DNA of 35,668 nt from positions 1 to 35,668 of IMG/VR virus record IMGVR_UViG_3300045988_166040; one strand, 5' to 3'. Both the position numbers and the translations under genes were made by a program. Shown piece by piece: positions 1 to 8,168 of the stretch. The notes under the pieces were generated by a model. That model worked only from the letters and a program-made list of their open reading frames with translations. It was not told the DNA's origin and did not search any database. This stretch comes from a virus. Position 1 is the first letter of the stretch, and each line of letters begins with the position of its first letter.

Positions 1-52
1 GAGCGCTTCCTTGCCATGGAAGAGGCCAGGAGTTAGAGTCTCCTAACCCGCA
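1..52 (+). repeat. Direct repeat = 3' 52 nt of the tRNA-Gly-like gene (candidate att core or circularisation overlap)
   Basis: Exact copy of 35617..35668. It begins in the 3' strand of the D stem and ends at the discriminator base. Confidence 0.9.
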
Positions 53-74
53 CCAGTAATTTAATTTTGATAGT

Positions 75-99
75 AGACGCTTCGGCGTCTTTTTGTTTT
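75..99 (+). terminator. Intrinsic terminator downstream of the tRNA 3' end
   Basis: Hairpin agacgc-ttcg-gcgtct followed by ttttgtttt. Confidence 0.7.
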
Positions 100-138
100 C
101 TATAAAGCTCACCTTGTGGGTTTTTCGTTTATGCAAAA

Positions 139-181
139 GAGGGATACGTACCACAAGGCGTATCCCTCTTTTGTTATTCCA
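139..181 (+). terminator. Second (tandem) intrinsic terminator
   Basis: 11-bp stem agagggatacg/cgtatccctct with loop taccacaagg, followed by tttgtt. Confidence 0.5.
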
Positions 182-493
182 ATCGGGACAACTAAGGCTC
201 TAGCTGTTCCGTAGGGCTAGCAAAACTCCTAATTAAAGTTGCGAACGTTAACAATCTGGTTTTGAAATAACAATGATAGACTTCCCTGTTATTCAACAAA
301 TCGGCTGAAGTATTAATTAAGTGCAGCGACAGATTAGTTAATAACTGAGAATATCAAATCATTAAACTGCTAGGTGCTGCTTTGGCGAGCATGTGTTATC
401 TGAGGATCCTTTGCTGCAGTGTTAACCTGTGGAATATTTTAGAACTACGTGTTCGCCGACGCAGTACTTAGCGTAATTTAAAAGGAGAAAACT

Positions 494-667
494 ATGAAAA
501 ACAAAAACATCAACTGGAAACAGCTTTTTGAAAAGGCTAAATCAATTTTACTAATCATTCTTGTTACGGCGGGTGTGGCATTTTACGCCGGCATACAATA
601 CCAAACGAGTAAAACAGTAGAAATTGACAGCAAGATTAAGCAAGCAGTTTCCCAGTTAAAAAAGTAG
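494..667 (+). CDS. Small membrane protein (57 aa, one N-terminal TM helix). Probable upstream part of a -1 frameshift fusion (see findings).
   Basis: ATG at 494 preceded by AAAGGAGAAA. Translation MKNKNINWKQLFEKAKSILLIILVTAGVAFYAGIQY... ends ...SQLKK* on the heptamer tta-aaa-aag-TAG. Not in the ORF track because it is under 60 aa. Confidence 0.55.
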   Translation: MKNKNINWKQLFEKAKSILLIILVTAGVAFYAGIQYQTSKTVEIDSKIKQAVSQLKK

Positions 668-777
668 CTCGGGAACCGGCAGCAACTCCCGAGAACAATC
701 GAAATGCTGCAAAGCTAGCCAATGCCGTCGAACCAACCGTACCGCAACCAAAACTGGCTGCGATATCGGGCTGCGAA

Positions 778-1077
778 TTGGTTCGACGAGAGCTAGCAAA
801 GTATCCAGGATGGAATGTGCGCTTGATGATGGCGATTGCCAGAGCCGAAAATAGGAACTGTGATCCATTAAATCATAACCTTTCGGCGACGGAGAATCAT
901 CACGTGTGTATCGGCTCGTATGGTGTACTGCAAGTTGCTTGTGTACACTTCAGACCCGACGAAGATAGAAACGATACGGCAACCGTTGTAAAAGTTGCTT
1001 ATCGAGTTTGGCAGAGTGGCGGATATAGCCCCTGGAGTATGTATCGAAACGGAAGATATAAGGAGTTTCTAAAGTGA
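778..1077 (+). CDS. Transglycosylase-like (Rpf/SLT-like) domain protein. The annotated TTG start is weak; it is probably expressed as a frameshift fusion from 494.
   Basis: Motifs AENRN...GSYGVLQV...WQSGGYSPW resemble the transglycosylase-like domain (E...YGGLQ...GWGAWP). The frame is open from 640 with no ATG/GTG/TTG until 778 and no SD. Confidence 0.35.
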   Translation: MVRRELAKYPGWNVRLMMAIARAENRNCDPLNHNLSATENHHVCIGSYGVLQVACVHFRPDEDRNDTATVVKVAYRVWQSGGYSPWSMYRNGRYKEFLK

Positions 1078-1153
1078 ATAATAACGAAAACAGTCTGCTA
1101 GATAGTTTTAAATTGAAGTACGAACAGCTAGAAAGCGAGGACTATCTAATTTC

Positions 1154-1387
1154 ATGACAAATTTTAGGTTCATTGTTCGCTGGACCGACTCTGACAATAA
1201 AGAACATTCAAAGGTCTATAGCGACGAGGCTACTGCTAGAAAGGCTAAGAAATGGCTAATTGAGCAAGGTGTTTTATCGGTAGACATTGCAGTACGAATT
1301 AACGATAAAGACGTTGGTAATCTGAAAGAAGCTGAAAAACAATCTCAGAACCCCAGCGAACAGAAAGGATTTTGGTGGCAAGATTAA
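1154..1387 (+). CDS. Hypothetical protein (77 aa)
   Basis: ORF with upstream GAGGA. Confidence 0.4.
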   Translation: MTNFRFIVRWTDSDNKEHSKVYSDEATARKAKKWLIEQGVLSVDIAVRINDKDVGNLKEAEKQSQNPSEQKGFWWQD

Positions 1388-1600
1388 ATGGCAGGAACAA
1401 AGTTAGGAGGATTGAAAGCCAGAGATACTAATCTCAAAAATAACCCCGACTTCTACAGAGAAATTGGTAAATTGGGGGGTCAGAAGTGTGTGATGAAAGG
1501 TTTTGCACTCAATCCGAAATTAGCTCGCCAGGCTGGTGCTAAAGGCGGCCGCATTAGTCGCCGAGGAATAAGTGAAGATGTACATAAAAGCAACTCATAA
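1388..1600 (+). CDS. KGG-repeat (YciG/GsiB-like) stress-protein homolog
   Basis: DFYREIGKLGGQK and ARQAGAKGGRISRRG match the KGG 'stress-induced bacterial acidophilic repeat' motif. Confidence 0.55.
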   Translation: MAGTKLGGLKARDTNLKNNPDFYREIGKLGGQKCVMKGFALNPKLARQAGAKGGRISRRGISEDVHKSNS

Positions 1601-2111
1601 AAGGTTCGACATAAACGACGTGCGCTCTACTGCGTCTTGTCCTGAATGCCAGTCAAAGCACTTAATGCTTTCCCGGGGTAGCCTATCCTGCCGTAATTGC
1701 GGTGTAGAGATTGGCAGAATCGGGAAAACCAATAAGTACGGTGCTAAGCGTACTGAAATGAACGGTAAGATATACGATTCAAAATTTGAAGCACAAGTAG
1801 CCGCTGAGCTGGAGCTTGAAAAGAAGCTCGGTCAGATAAAGGACTACGACACGCAATATCGGATTGAAGGCTGGGTATACGATGAAAACGGTAATAAAGC
1901 ATTCCCCTACCGACATAAAGTAGACTTCAGGATCCATAACTTAGATGGCTCATTTACTTTACGAGAAGCTAAGGGAGTGGAAACCGACGACTACAAGTGG
2001 CGGCGGAAGATACTAGAGAATGTTTGGCTTCCTGCCCACCCTGATTATACGTACGAGGTAGTATTCCAAAAACGTAACAAACGAAGTTTTAAGACTTCGA
2101 GACAATCTTAG
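1578..2111 (+). CDS. Zn-ribbon + DUF1064-family (VRR-NUC-like nuclease-fold) phage protein
   Basis: CPEC...CRNC zinc ribbon. KYGAKRTEMNGKIYDSKFEAQVAAELELEKKLGQI...KVDFRI...REAKG matches the DUF1064 pattern. ATG at 1578 follows GAGGA; the track start at 1572 is GTG. Confidence 0.6.
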   Translation: MYIKATHKRFDINDVRSTASCPECQSKHLMLSRGSLSCRNCGVEIGRIGKTNKYGAKRTEMNGKIYDSKFEAQVAAELELEKKLGQIKDYDTQYRIEGWVYDENGNKAFPYRHKVDFRIHNLDGSFTLREAKGVETDDYKWRRKILENVWLPAHPDYTYEVVFQKRNKRSFKTSRQS

Positions 2112-2121
2112 GAGGTGAATA

Positions 2122-2295
2122 ATGAAACTAATCGTAACAGTTGATCATAAAAGTAGTGAGATATCAGGATATATTACTTCAGACGCTAAAAAAGAGAATA
2201 TTGTGGCAGAAGTCTGGAAAGGCATCCAAAAACAACTAGAAGAAAAAGGTTATAAGATAGTCAATCTTTCTGTAGAGGAATATAAGGATATATAA
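2122..2295 (+). CDS. Hypothetical small protein (57 aa)
   Basis: Strong RBS AGGAGGTG 8 nt upstream of ATG. Translation MKLIVTVDHKSSEISGYITSDAKKENIVAEVWKGIQKQLEEKGYKIVNLSVEEYKDI. Not in the ORF track. Confidence 0.55.
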   Translation: MKLIVTVDHKSSEISGYITSDAKKENIVAEVWKGIQKQLEEKGYKIVNLSVEEYKDI

Positions 2296-2306
2296 GACGA
2301 GGATCT

Positions 2307-2636
2307 ATGAATATAGCAAAAGAGCTAAACGACGTTATACAAAAAGTACTTGGCGGAACTAGAACTCCAGAACTATTACAATCCATAACAGATATTAATA
2401 TAAAAGTTGCTGAGCTAGAAGGTAAAGTAAAAGGTATGCACGATGGACTTCTCTATGCCAGCACCGATAAAGCGCCAGCAGAGAAAACCGAACGACCGCA
2501 TGTTGTAGATGTTTACCATTGTGTTTATAGAGATGTAGATAGACGAGAATTTACACAATATACCATAAAATTCTCAGACGGCTCTGGTTGTTATTTTAGG
2601 AAACCTAAAATGGAGATATGTAATGAAACGCTATAA
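2307..2636 (+). CDS. Hypothetical protein (109 aa)
   Basis: ORF in the co-directional early operon; it overlaps the next gene. Confidence 0.45.
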   Translation: MNIAKELNDVIQKVLGGTRTPELLQSITDINIKVAELEGKVKGMHDGLLYASTDKAPAEKTERPHVVDVYHCVYRDVDRREFTQYTIKFSDGSGCYFRKPKMEICNETL

Positions 2637-3204
2637 ACTACTTAAAGATTTACCAAACCTTAAAAAAGGCACTATATTGTCGGAAGGCGAGCCGATTTTT
2701 GGCGTAAGGACACTGATAACTAAAAATAACGGTGTAGGTCCTACTTTCATTGATAATGAATTTTTTGAAGAGTTCTTTAAGGAAATCCAAGAAGAGCCGA
2801 CAGGTAGTATTCACTGGAAGCCTGAGTATGGCGAAGAATATTGGATTGTCAACAGCTATGGGGTAATTGTAAAGAGAATTTGGTCTGATAGCATCGAAGA
2901 TCTCAATATGTATAAGCTGGGCATTGTCCATCCTACTGAAGAAGAGTGCGAAAAAGCCCATAATCGTAAACTAGCCGAAGTGAGACTACGCCGAACATCA
3001 ACATTTGAGCCAAATTTTGAGAACAGAAACGGCGGGTGGATTGTTGTCTATGAATATGCGCATTATAAGCTACTTGCAAGAAGTATTCGAATTGAAGACG
3101 CTGGTGAGCCTGTTCGTTATGCTACCAGAGAAGATGCTGAAAAATCTATCGAAGAAAATGAGCAAGATTGGAAAATTTATTTTGGAATTGAGGAGAAGAA
3201 ATGA
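2623..3204 (+). CDS. Hypothetical protein (193 aa)
   Basis: ORF with ATGA overlap at both ends (translational coupling). Confidence 0.5.
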   Translation: MKRYKLLKDLPNLKKGTILSEGEPIFGVRTLITKNNGVGPTFIDNEFFEEFFKEIQEEPTGSIHWKPEYGEEYWIVNSYGVIVKRIWSDSIEDLNMYKLGIVHPTEEECEKAHNRKLAEVRLRRTSTFEPNFENRNGGWIVVYEYAHYKLLARSIRIEDAGEPVRYATREDAEKSIEENEQDWKIYFGIEEKK

Positions 3205-3431
3205 AAGAATTTAGTATTCCAGTAAAGATAACTTTAGATTGTTGTTTATCAGTGAAAGCCAATAATAGAGATGAGGCTTATGAAAATGCCGATGATATCA
3301 TGTATTGGGCATATCAGAATGGTGCGCCAGAGCAACATAAAGATTTATCTATCTTAGATTGCGACATCTCGGTTGATGGTGAGGCTATAGATTTAGATGA
3401 GTATAGAGACCCGTCTGATATAGATTCGTAA
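3201..3431 (+). CDS. Hypothetical acidic protein (76 aa)
   Basis: ORF overlapping the previous stop (ATGA). Confidence 0.45.
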   Translation: MKEFSIPVKITLDCCLSVKANNRDEAYENADDIMYWAYQNGAPEQHKDLSILDCDISVDGEAIDLDEYRDPSDIDS

Positions 3432-4172
3432 ATATGTACTCTATAGGTGACCTGAGTAAGTCATTAAACTGCTCAATCGGGTACAAATCGTACCCTGTTA
3501 AAACCATTTTCGACAAGTGACGAAATTGGTTTAGAACATTAATAATTCAAGTGCAGACTGCTGGCGATAAGGCGGTTCTTTTCATGGTTATGCCAAACCA
3601 GAAACCGTTGCAACGGCGCCGCAAGAGCGCAAAGAGGGAAAACCTGAGTATACGTATCGTGTCTTTGAAAAATGCTCTGTCGCTAGCATCCTGTACTTGA
3701 ACGAACATTAAAAACTCAACCGTATAACTGGACAGATGATATGCACAACCTTTACTCTGGCGCGCCATACCCACTCGGCGCAAGAACTAATGTGAAACGT
3801 TGTGAGTCGGTTTTTTATGTTTTTGACGCAGTGCAACGTGTATCGTCTGTTCAACTGGTAGCACCAACGCACCTTTAATTTTCAGGGAAATATTGTATAC
3901 CTATTTCTAGCTATTCTAAACAACTATTATTTGGTGCTATCAACTGGCTATATAAGTGGCGGAATAGGTAGACGCTTGTATCCCTCTGGAAACCAGGGTG
4001 TGGCGGGAAGACGGCTCACGAGCCCACTAACCATGCGATAAGGGTCGTCATGTGATGTGGCTTTCCGAAACTTAATTCCCTCACATTCGAGGAAATTAAA
4101 ACTCGGCAAATCATCACCTTGTATAGCCAACCAGTTATGCGGTTGAAAAAAATAATAATATAAGGAGATAAA
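3432..4172. other. 740-bp gene-free region of higher GC: candidate replication origin, structured ncRNA or decayed gene
   Basis: No convincing ORF on either strand and no RBS. It contains the palindrome ccgttgcaacgg, a gggtac-aaatc-gtaccc hairpin, GC-rich blocks and cgcaaga repeats. Confidence 0.4.
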
Positions 4173-4544
4173 ATGTCTAAAATAAGAACTTTTTGGGAAT
4201 ATGTCTTAGTAACATTAATGTTTGCAGTGCCTATTTACTTACTGTTTTCAATACGGATTCAGCTTTCTGATAATGTAGTTTCTGGAATTGTTTATAACAA
4301 CCAAAACAATAGCATATTCGGCGGTAAAACACTTTTCAGCATTCGTGCATCAGAAAATACTGTAGTAACAAAAGAAAACGTCAGTAATTTCTGTCTACCG
4401 CCAAATTCGCCATATATCAAATTAGTAAATGAAGCCGCGAGAGACAAGAATATTAAGGTGGTTGTTACGAGCAGTAAGGTGTTTATGTTAATGTCGTCCC
4501 CTTGGCAGTGTGTTGATAATGTCAAGGTTGAGCGGTTGAAGTAA
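4173..4544 (+). CDS. Membrane-anchored protein (N-terminal TM, 123 aa)
   Basis: RBS TAAGGAGAT. Hydrophobic N-terminus VLVTLMFAVPIYLLFSI. Confidence 0.5.
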   Translation: MSKIRTFWEYVLVTLMFAVPIYLLFSIRIQLSDNVVSGIVYNNQNNSIFGGKTLFSIRASENTVVTKENVSNFCLPPNSPYIKLVNEAARDKNIKVVVTSSKVFMLMSSPWQCVDNVKVERLK

Positions 4545-4581
4545 ACTACACGAAATCGTGTAAATAAGAAGGGAGATAATA

Positions 4582-4950
4582 ATGAAAGTGATTAACTCTG
4601 GAGAGGGATATTTAGAATTTGATAATGGGCTTATACTTGAGAGTTTCTATAGTCAGGATTGTTGCGAACATAACTATCTTGATTTTGAGGAGGGTTTGCC
4701 TGTTGGGACAGAATTGCCCACTATGAATGCCGTGGAATTTCAGAAAGCTATAAAAATTAAAGAAGATGGCTTTAGCGTTAAAGATATACATGGCGTACCA
4801 AAATGGATACAGGCACGTAGTGAGCAGAATGGCTATTATTCATCTGGTATAAATTTAAGTATTAGAGATGATACTCAGGAAATTATACCGAAAAAACCAA
4901 ACCAAAAATCGTACGAAAACTTGTTTGAGGGTACGGTTATAGATTATTAA
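4582..4950 (+). CDS. Hypothetical protein (122 aa)
   Basis: RBS AGGGAGAT upstream. Confidence 0.5.
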   Translation: MKVINSGEGYLEFDNGLILESFYSQDCCEHNYLDFEEGLPVGTELPTMNAVEFQKAIKIKEDGFSVKDIHGVPKWIQARSEQNGYYSSGINLSIRDDTQEIIPKKPNQKSYENLFEGTVIDY

Positions 4951-5046
4951 CCTGTATAGCGTTTTACTTCAGAAACACGTTATACGGGTAAACTACGGAT
5001 AAAATACGCGTACTTTACGTATATTTAACACAGGGAGAACTTATTC

Positions 5047-5247
5047 ATGAAAGTAAATAACAACAGCAACGGCATCGGTTTTGTCGGTGCGCTAACTATC
5101 GCATTTGTCGTACTTAAACTAATGAAGATTATTGATTGGTCGTGGTGGTGGGTGTTATCACCATTATGGATATCTACGCTTGTGGTGATAGTCGTAATTG
5201 CCGTAGTTTTCTTGGTTGTTTGGCTGATGGAAGCTAAAAGAGGATAA
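5047..5247 (+). CDS. Small hydrophobic membrane protein (66 aa)
   Basis: WSWWWVLSPLWISTLVVIVVIAVVFLVVWLM forms two TM segments. RBS AGGGAGAA. Confidence 0.45.
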   Translation: MKVNNNSNGIGFVGALTIAFVVLKLMKIIDWSWWWVLSPLWISTLVVIVVIAVVFLVVWLMEAKRG

Positions 5248-5301
5248 ATTGTCGAATTCTAATAAACTACACTATTTTGTGTAAATAAGGGAAGGCTAAC
5301 T

Positions 5302-5622
5302 ATGAACGAATATAAAACAATGATGTACGAAGAAACACTTGAAGAATTAGAATTTGCAATGAAGCACAGTATTGATTTTACTAAGCGTAATCTTGGTAGG
5401 CTGTTGTCTAAGGACGATGTTGAGAGAATAGCTAGACGATTGGGCATTGTAGCTAAATATAAAGCATGGATTATAGAGGATGATAGGGCATATTGTGTAT
5501 TAAGTTTTAACGATACAAAGGGTGAACAGCTTTACGGTAGGTATTTTGGCGAAGATGTTATTAACCAATATGATAGTTATGTAATCGATGGCACAATCTG
5601 CGAGGAGGCAGATATCAACTAA
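5302..5622 (+). CDS. Hypothetical protein (106 aa)
   Basis: RBS AAGGGAAGG upstream. Confidence 0.45.
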   Translation: MNEYKTMMYEETLEELEFAMKHSIDFTKRNLGRLLSKDDVERIARRLGIVAKYKAWIIEDDRAYCVLSFNDTKGEQLYGRYFGEDVINQYDSYVIDGTICEEADIN

Positions 5623-5658
5623 ACCACTAATTTTGTGGACATTAGAAAGGAGATGTCA

Positions 5659-5892
5659 ATGATTTACGAAGTAGAAATTAGACAAACTGCTGTGGGCAGG
5701 GTTTTTATTAAAGCCAACAGTGAGAAAGAGGCAGAGGAAGCTGCTAATCGATATATAAAAGACGAATATAACCTTAGCTCAATATATTTTGACGAGATTT
5801 GGAATAATGAGGTCTGGGACGTGTCAGAGACGGATGTTGTTGATCTTATTTTAAATGATGAAGAAATTATCAAAGCGGAGGATGTGCTATGA
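5659..5892 (+). CDS. Hypothetical acidic protein (78 aa from the preferred start)
   Basis: AAAGGAG 8 nt before ATG 5659; the ORF-track start 5635 is further upstream. Confidence 0.45.
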   Translation: MIYEVEIRQTAVGRVFIKANSEKEAEEAANRYIKDEYNLSSIYFDEIWNNEVWDVSETDVVDLILNDEEIIKAEDVL

Positions 5893-5996
5893 AATACACA
5901 ACTCGTACCGATAAATCATGCTATTGCCATACATGCGATAAGGACTTTCATTACCTTGGTATCAATCGTCATGTAGCAATGCATCGAGATAAATGA
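5889..5996 (+). CDS. Tiny zinc-finger protein (35 aa, C-x-C-x2-C...H-x4-H)
   Basis: ATGA overlap with the upstream stop. MKYTTRTDKSCYCHTCDKDFHYLGINRHVAMHRDK. Confidence 0.35.
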   Translation: MKYTTRTDKSCYCHTCDKDFHYLGINRHVAMHRDK

Positions 5997-6108
5997 CAGC
6001 GCTGTAAAGTTACCTATACGTATGGCGACACGTACACATACCCTTTTGACGAGCTGAAAAAGAGAAATAATCAACCAACGATCAATAAAAATAACAGGGG
6101 TGAAGGCA

Positions 6109-6330
6109 ATGAAAAGTAGCAATAAATCAACCAGCGGTCAACAAAAGCTGGCTACCAAAGATGCTGTTATTGCTTTCCTAGTCCTATCAGCATTTGCCCT
6201 ACTACTCGGCTTAAGTTCAAGTACCAGTGAATACGATGTTGATAAGCAATCTGAGCTGTCTGCCCACTGTAGGTCTCTTGGTGGACAAATAGGCAATGGT
6301 AAATGTTTTAAGGACGGGAAGGAAATATGA
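6109..6330 (+). CDS. Small one-TM protein, paralog A (C-terminal CxSLGG..G..KCFKDGKEI)
   Basis: MKSSNKST..., one TM helix, conserved Cys-containing tail. It is near-identical at the nucleotide level to the 6576 gene start and end. Confidence 0.55.
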   Translation: MKSSNKSTSGQQKLATKDAVIAFLVLSAFALLLGLSSSTSEYDVDKQSELSAHCRSLGGQIGNGKCFKDGKEI

Positions 6331-6373
6331 ATAGTAAAAGCTACAGCAATGGAATGTAGAAAAGGAGACGTCA

Positions 6374-6586
6374 ATGAAAGATAAAGATCACTATATAACA
6401 ACTATTAATAATAGACTTGATAAGTGCCACGAACTACTAAAAATACAAGCCAGTGTCCTTACTGACGAATATATGAAAGGTATGTATAACGGTATGGAAT
6501 TCATATTGGCTGTAATTGAGGATAGAAAACCAGTTTATGCTAGTAAAGTTTTGAGAAGTAACAGTGGTAAGGGTAATGAAAAGTAG
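6374..6586 (+). CDS. Hypothetical protein (70 aa)
   Basis: RBS AAAAGGAGA upstream. Confidence 0.5.
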   Translation: MKDKDHYITTINNRLDKCHELLKIQASVLTDEYMKGMYNGMEFILAVIEDRKPVYASKVLRSNSGKGNEK

Positions 6587-6782
6587 TAATAAATCAACCA
6601 ACGAGCTACGAGTATTCAGGGATTTAATAATGACAGCGTTGATTTTTATCGCTGTATTAGCAGCTCTTGTGCTCATATTCAGTAGTATTGGGCAAAATGC
6701 AAAAGACCTAGAAGCTCGCTGTAAATCGCTTGGCGGCGTGGCTGGTCAATCTAAGTGCTTTAAGGACGGGAAGGAAATCTAA
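6576..6782 (+). CDS. Small one-TM protein, paralog B
   Basis: MKSSNKSTNELRVF...CKSLGGVAGQSKCFKDGKEI. The 20-nt tttaaggacgggaaggaaat is identical to 6307..6326. Confidence 0.55.
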   Translation: MKSSNKSTNELRVFRDLIMTALIFIAVLAALVLIFSSIGQNAKDLEARCKSLGGVAGQSKCFKDGKEI

Positions 6783-6783
6783 A

Positions 6784-6972
6784 ATGCCAAGAATTGATTA
6801 CGAACCACCTAAAGCTTGTAGGCTCAAATACATAATAGCTAGCGCCACAAATATGCCTGACTTACACGACAAAGTGAACGAACTTTTGTCAGAGGGGTGG
6901 ACACTGCAAGGGGGTATCGCAGAATTTAGAGAATATATTTGTCAAGCGATGGTCAGAGAGGAGGAAATCTAA
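6784..6972 (+). CDS. DUF1737-like small phage protein
   Basis: MPRIDYEPP...KYIIASATNMPDLHDKVNELLSEGWTLQGGIAEF. EGW..GG motif. Start ATG at 6784 just after the upstream stop. Confidence 0.45.
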   Translation: MPRIDYEPPKACRLKYIIASATNMPDLHDKVNELLSEGWTLQGGIAEFREYICQAMVREEEI

Positions 6973-7400
6973 TGCGTGAAATAAAATTCAGAGCTTGGGG
7001 TAACCGCCAAAATAAATATCTTAACCCTGATGACGTTTCTATTAGTGCCGACGGCTTCATAACAATATCTAATGTGGACGGTAAGCATAGCAGAGCAGTA
7101 CAACCGCCGGGCGATTTATCGCCATGGTTCATTATCGAGCAGTACACTAACTTAAAGGACAAAAACGGTACAGAGATTTATGAGGGCGACATTGTCTCCT
7201 TACGGCTATGGGGTAGCAACGGGTATGAATATGAAAATGGTATTGTGCGGTATTATCCACCCTCTGCTGCCTTTAAGTGGTTCAGTTTAGAAGATGATGA
7301 GAATGATTGTAACAATTATTGGTTACAACACGCTGATAGTGACGGGCGTGAGGTTGTTGGCAATATCCACGAAAACCCTGAACTATTGGAGGAGAAATGA
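6972..7400 (+). CDS. YopX-family phage protein
   Basis: N-terminus MREIKFRAWGN... is the hallmark YopX start. TAATG coupling. Confidence 0.7.
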   Translation: MREIKFRAWGNRQNKYLNPDDVSISADGFITISNVDGKHSRAVQPPGDLSPWFIIEQYTNLKDKNGTEIYEGDIVSLRLWGSNGYEYENGIVRYYPPSAAFKWFSLEDDENDCNNYWLQHADSDGREVVGNIHENPELLEEK

Positions 7401-7651
7401 AATTTATTTGGATTGGCCGCCGACCACTTGAGAACGACATTCAGATGGATATTTTTATTTTTGACAGTATGCTTGTTGAAGCAGTGCCAATTGATAGAAT
7501 GTGCGGACATTTGCTTAATAAAGACTGTAAAAAACTAAACGAATTACTAGATAAATACTCTGACGCTCAGCCGTTTGATAGAATCCTCTGTTATAAAGAC
7601 ACCGGAGGGTTGACTGAGCGCTTTATCAAAGAAATTAGAGATACATTGTGA
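7397..7651 (+). CDS. Hypothetical protein (84 aa)
   Basis: ATGA overlap with yopX-like stop. Confidence 0.45.
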   Translation: MKFIWIGRRPLENDIQMDIFIFDSMLVEAVPIDRMCGHLLNKDCKKLNELLDKYSDAQPFDRILCYKDTGGLTERFIKEIRDTL

Positions 7652-7666
7652 AAGGAGTTGAAGATA

Positions 7667-7933
7667 ATGGATAAATATCTTACGAATGTTAGAAAAGAAA
7701 TAAACTTCAGCTATAAGGGATACGATGTATCAATGACTATCACTATTGACGGAGGATCGTGTAAGGTGTTTAAGGACGGCAAATTGCAGCATGGAGGTGG
7801 TATATTCCCCTGTTTCGTTCCGCCGCAAAATCTCTTAGAGGCTACAGAGCGAGGTGTATATGCAGCATTAAACGCTATGAACATTGTAGAAAATATTATT
7901 AAACATAATGAGAGTAAAGATGAATATAGTTAG
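7667..7933 (+). CDS. Hypothetical protein with a CKVFKDGK motif shared with the 6109/6576 paralogs
   Basis: AAAGGAG 9 nt before ATG 7667. Confidence 0.45.
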   Translation: MDKYLTNVRKEINFSYKGYDVSMTITIDGGSCKVFKDGKLQHGGGIFPCFVPPQNLLEATERGVYAALNAMNIVENIIKHNESKDEYS

Positions 7934-8168
7934 TTTTATACGTCAAAAAAGAATCAAGTGGCTGAAGTGGCGAATTAAACGAAATGGAGTTTGGCTTGAT
8001 TGTGCAAGAGATGCTTACAGCCGTGCCTGTGCCAAGGGAATCCGGAGCTACCACAGGGCTCAGCCGTTTGTGCAGCAAGTACTCCACTACGAGAATAAAA
8101 TATTGTTATGTAGCGCAAAAATCGTTTACCTAACGGAAAAAATGAGCAAGAGAAATGGCGAAGAATGA
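7920..8168 (+). CDS. Hypothetical basic protein (low confidence)
   Basis: Overlapping ORF, weak RBS. Confidence 0.25.
   Translation: MNIVSFIRQKRIKWLKWRIKRNGVWLDCARDAYSRACAKGIRSYHRAQPFVQQVLHYENKILLCSAKIVYLTEKMSKRNGEE

Noticed and set aside
395-435. Cluster of GGATCC, CTGCAG and GTTAAC sites resembling a cloning polylinker
   Set aside because: Only three 6-mers in AT-rich intergenic DNA, with no vector backbone features. Most likely coincidental.
3547-4130. - strand ORFs 3547..3783 and 3948..4130 in the gene-free island
   Set aside because: They lack an RBS and run against the operon direction with implausible composition. The region is treated as non-coding or decayed.
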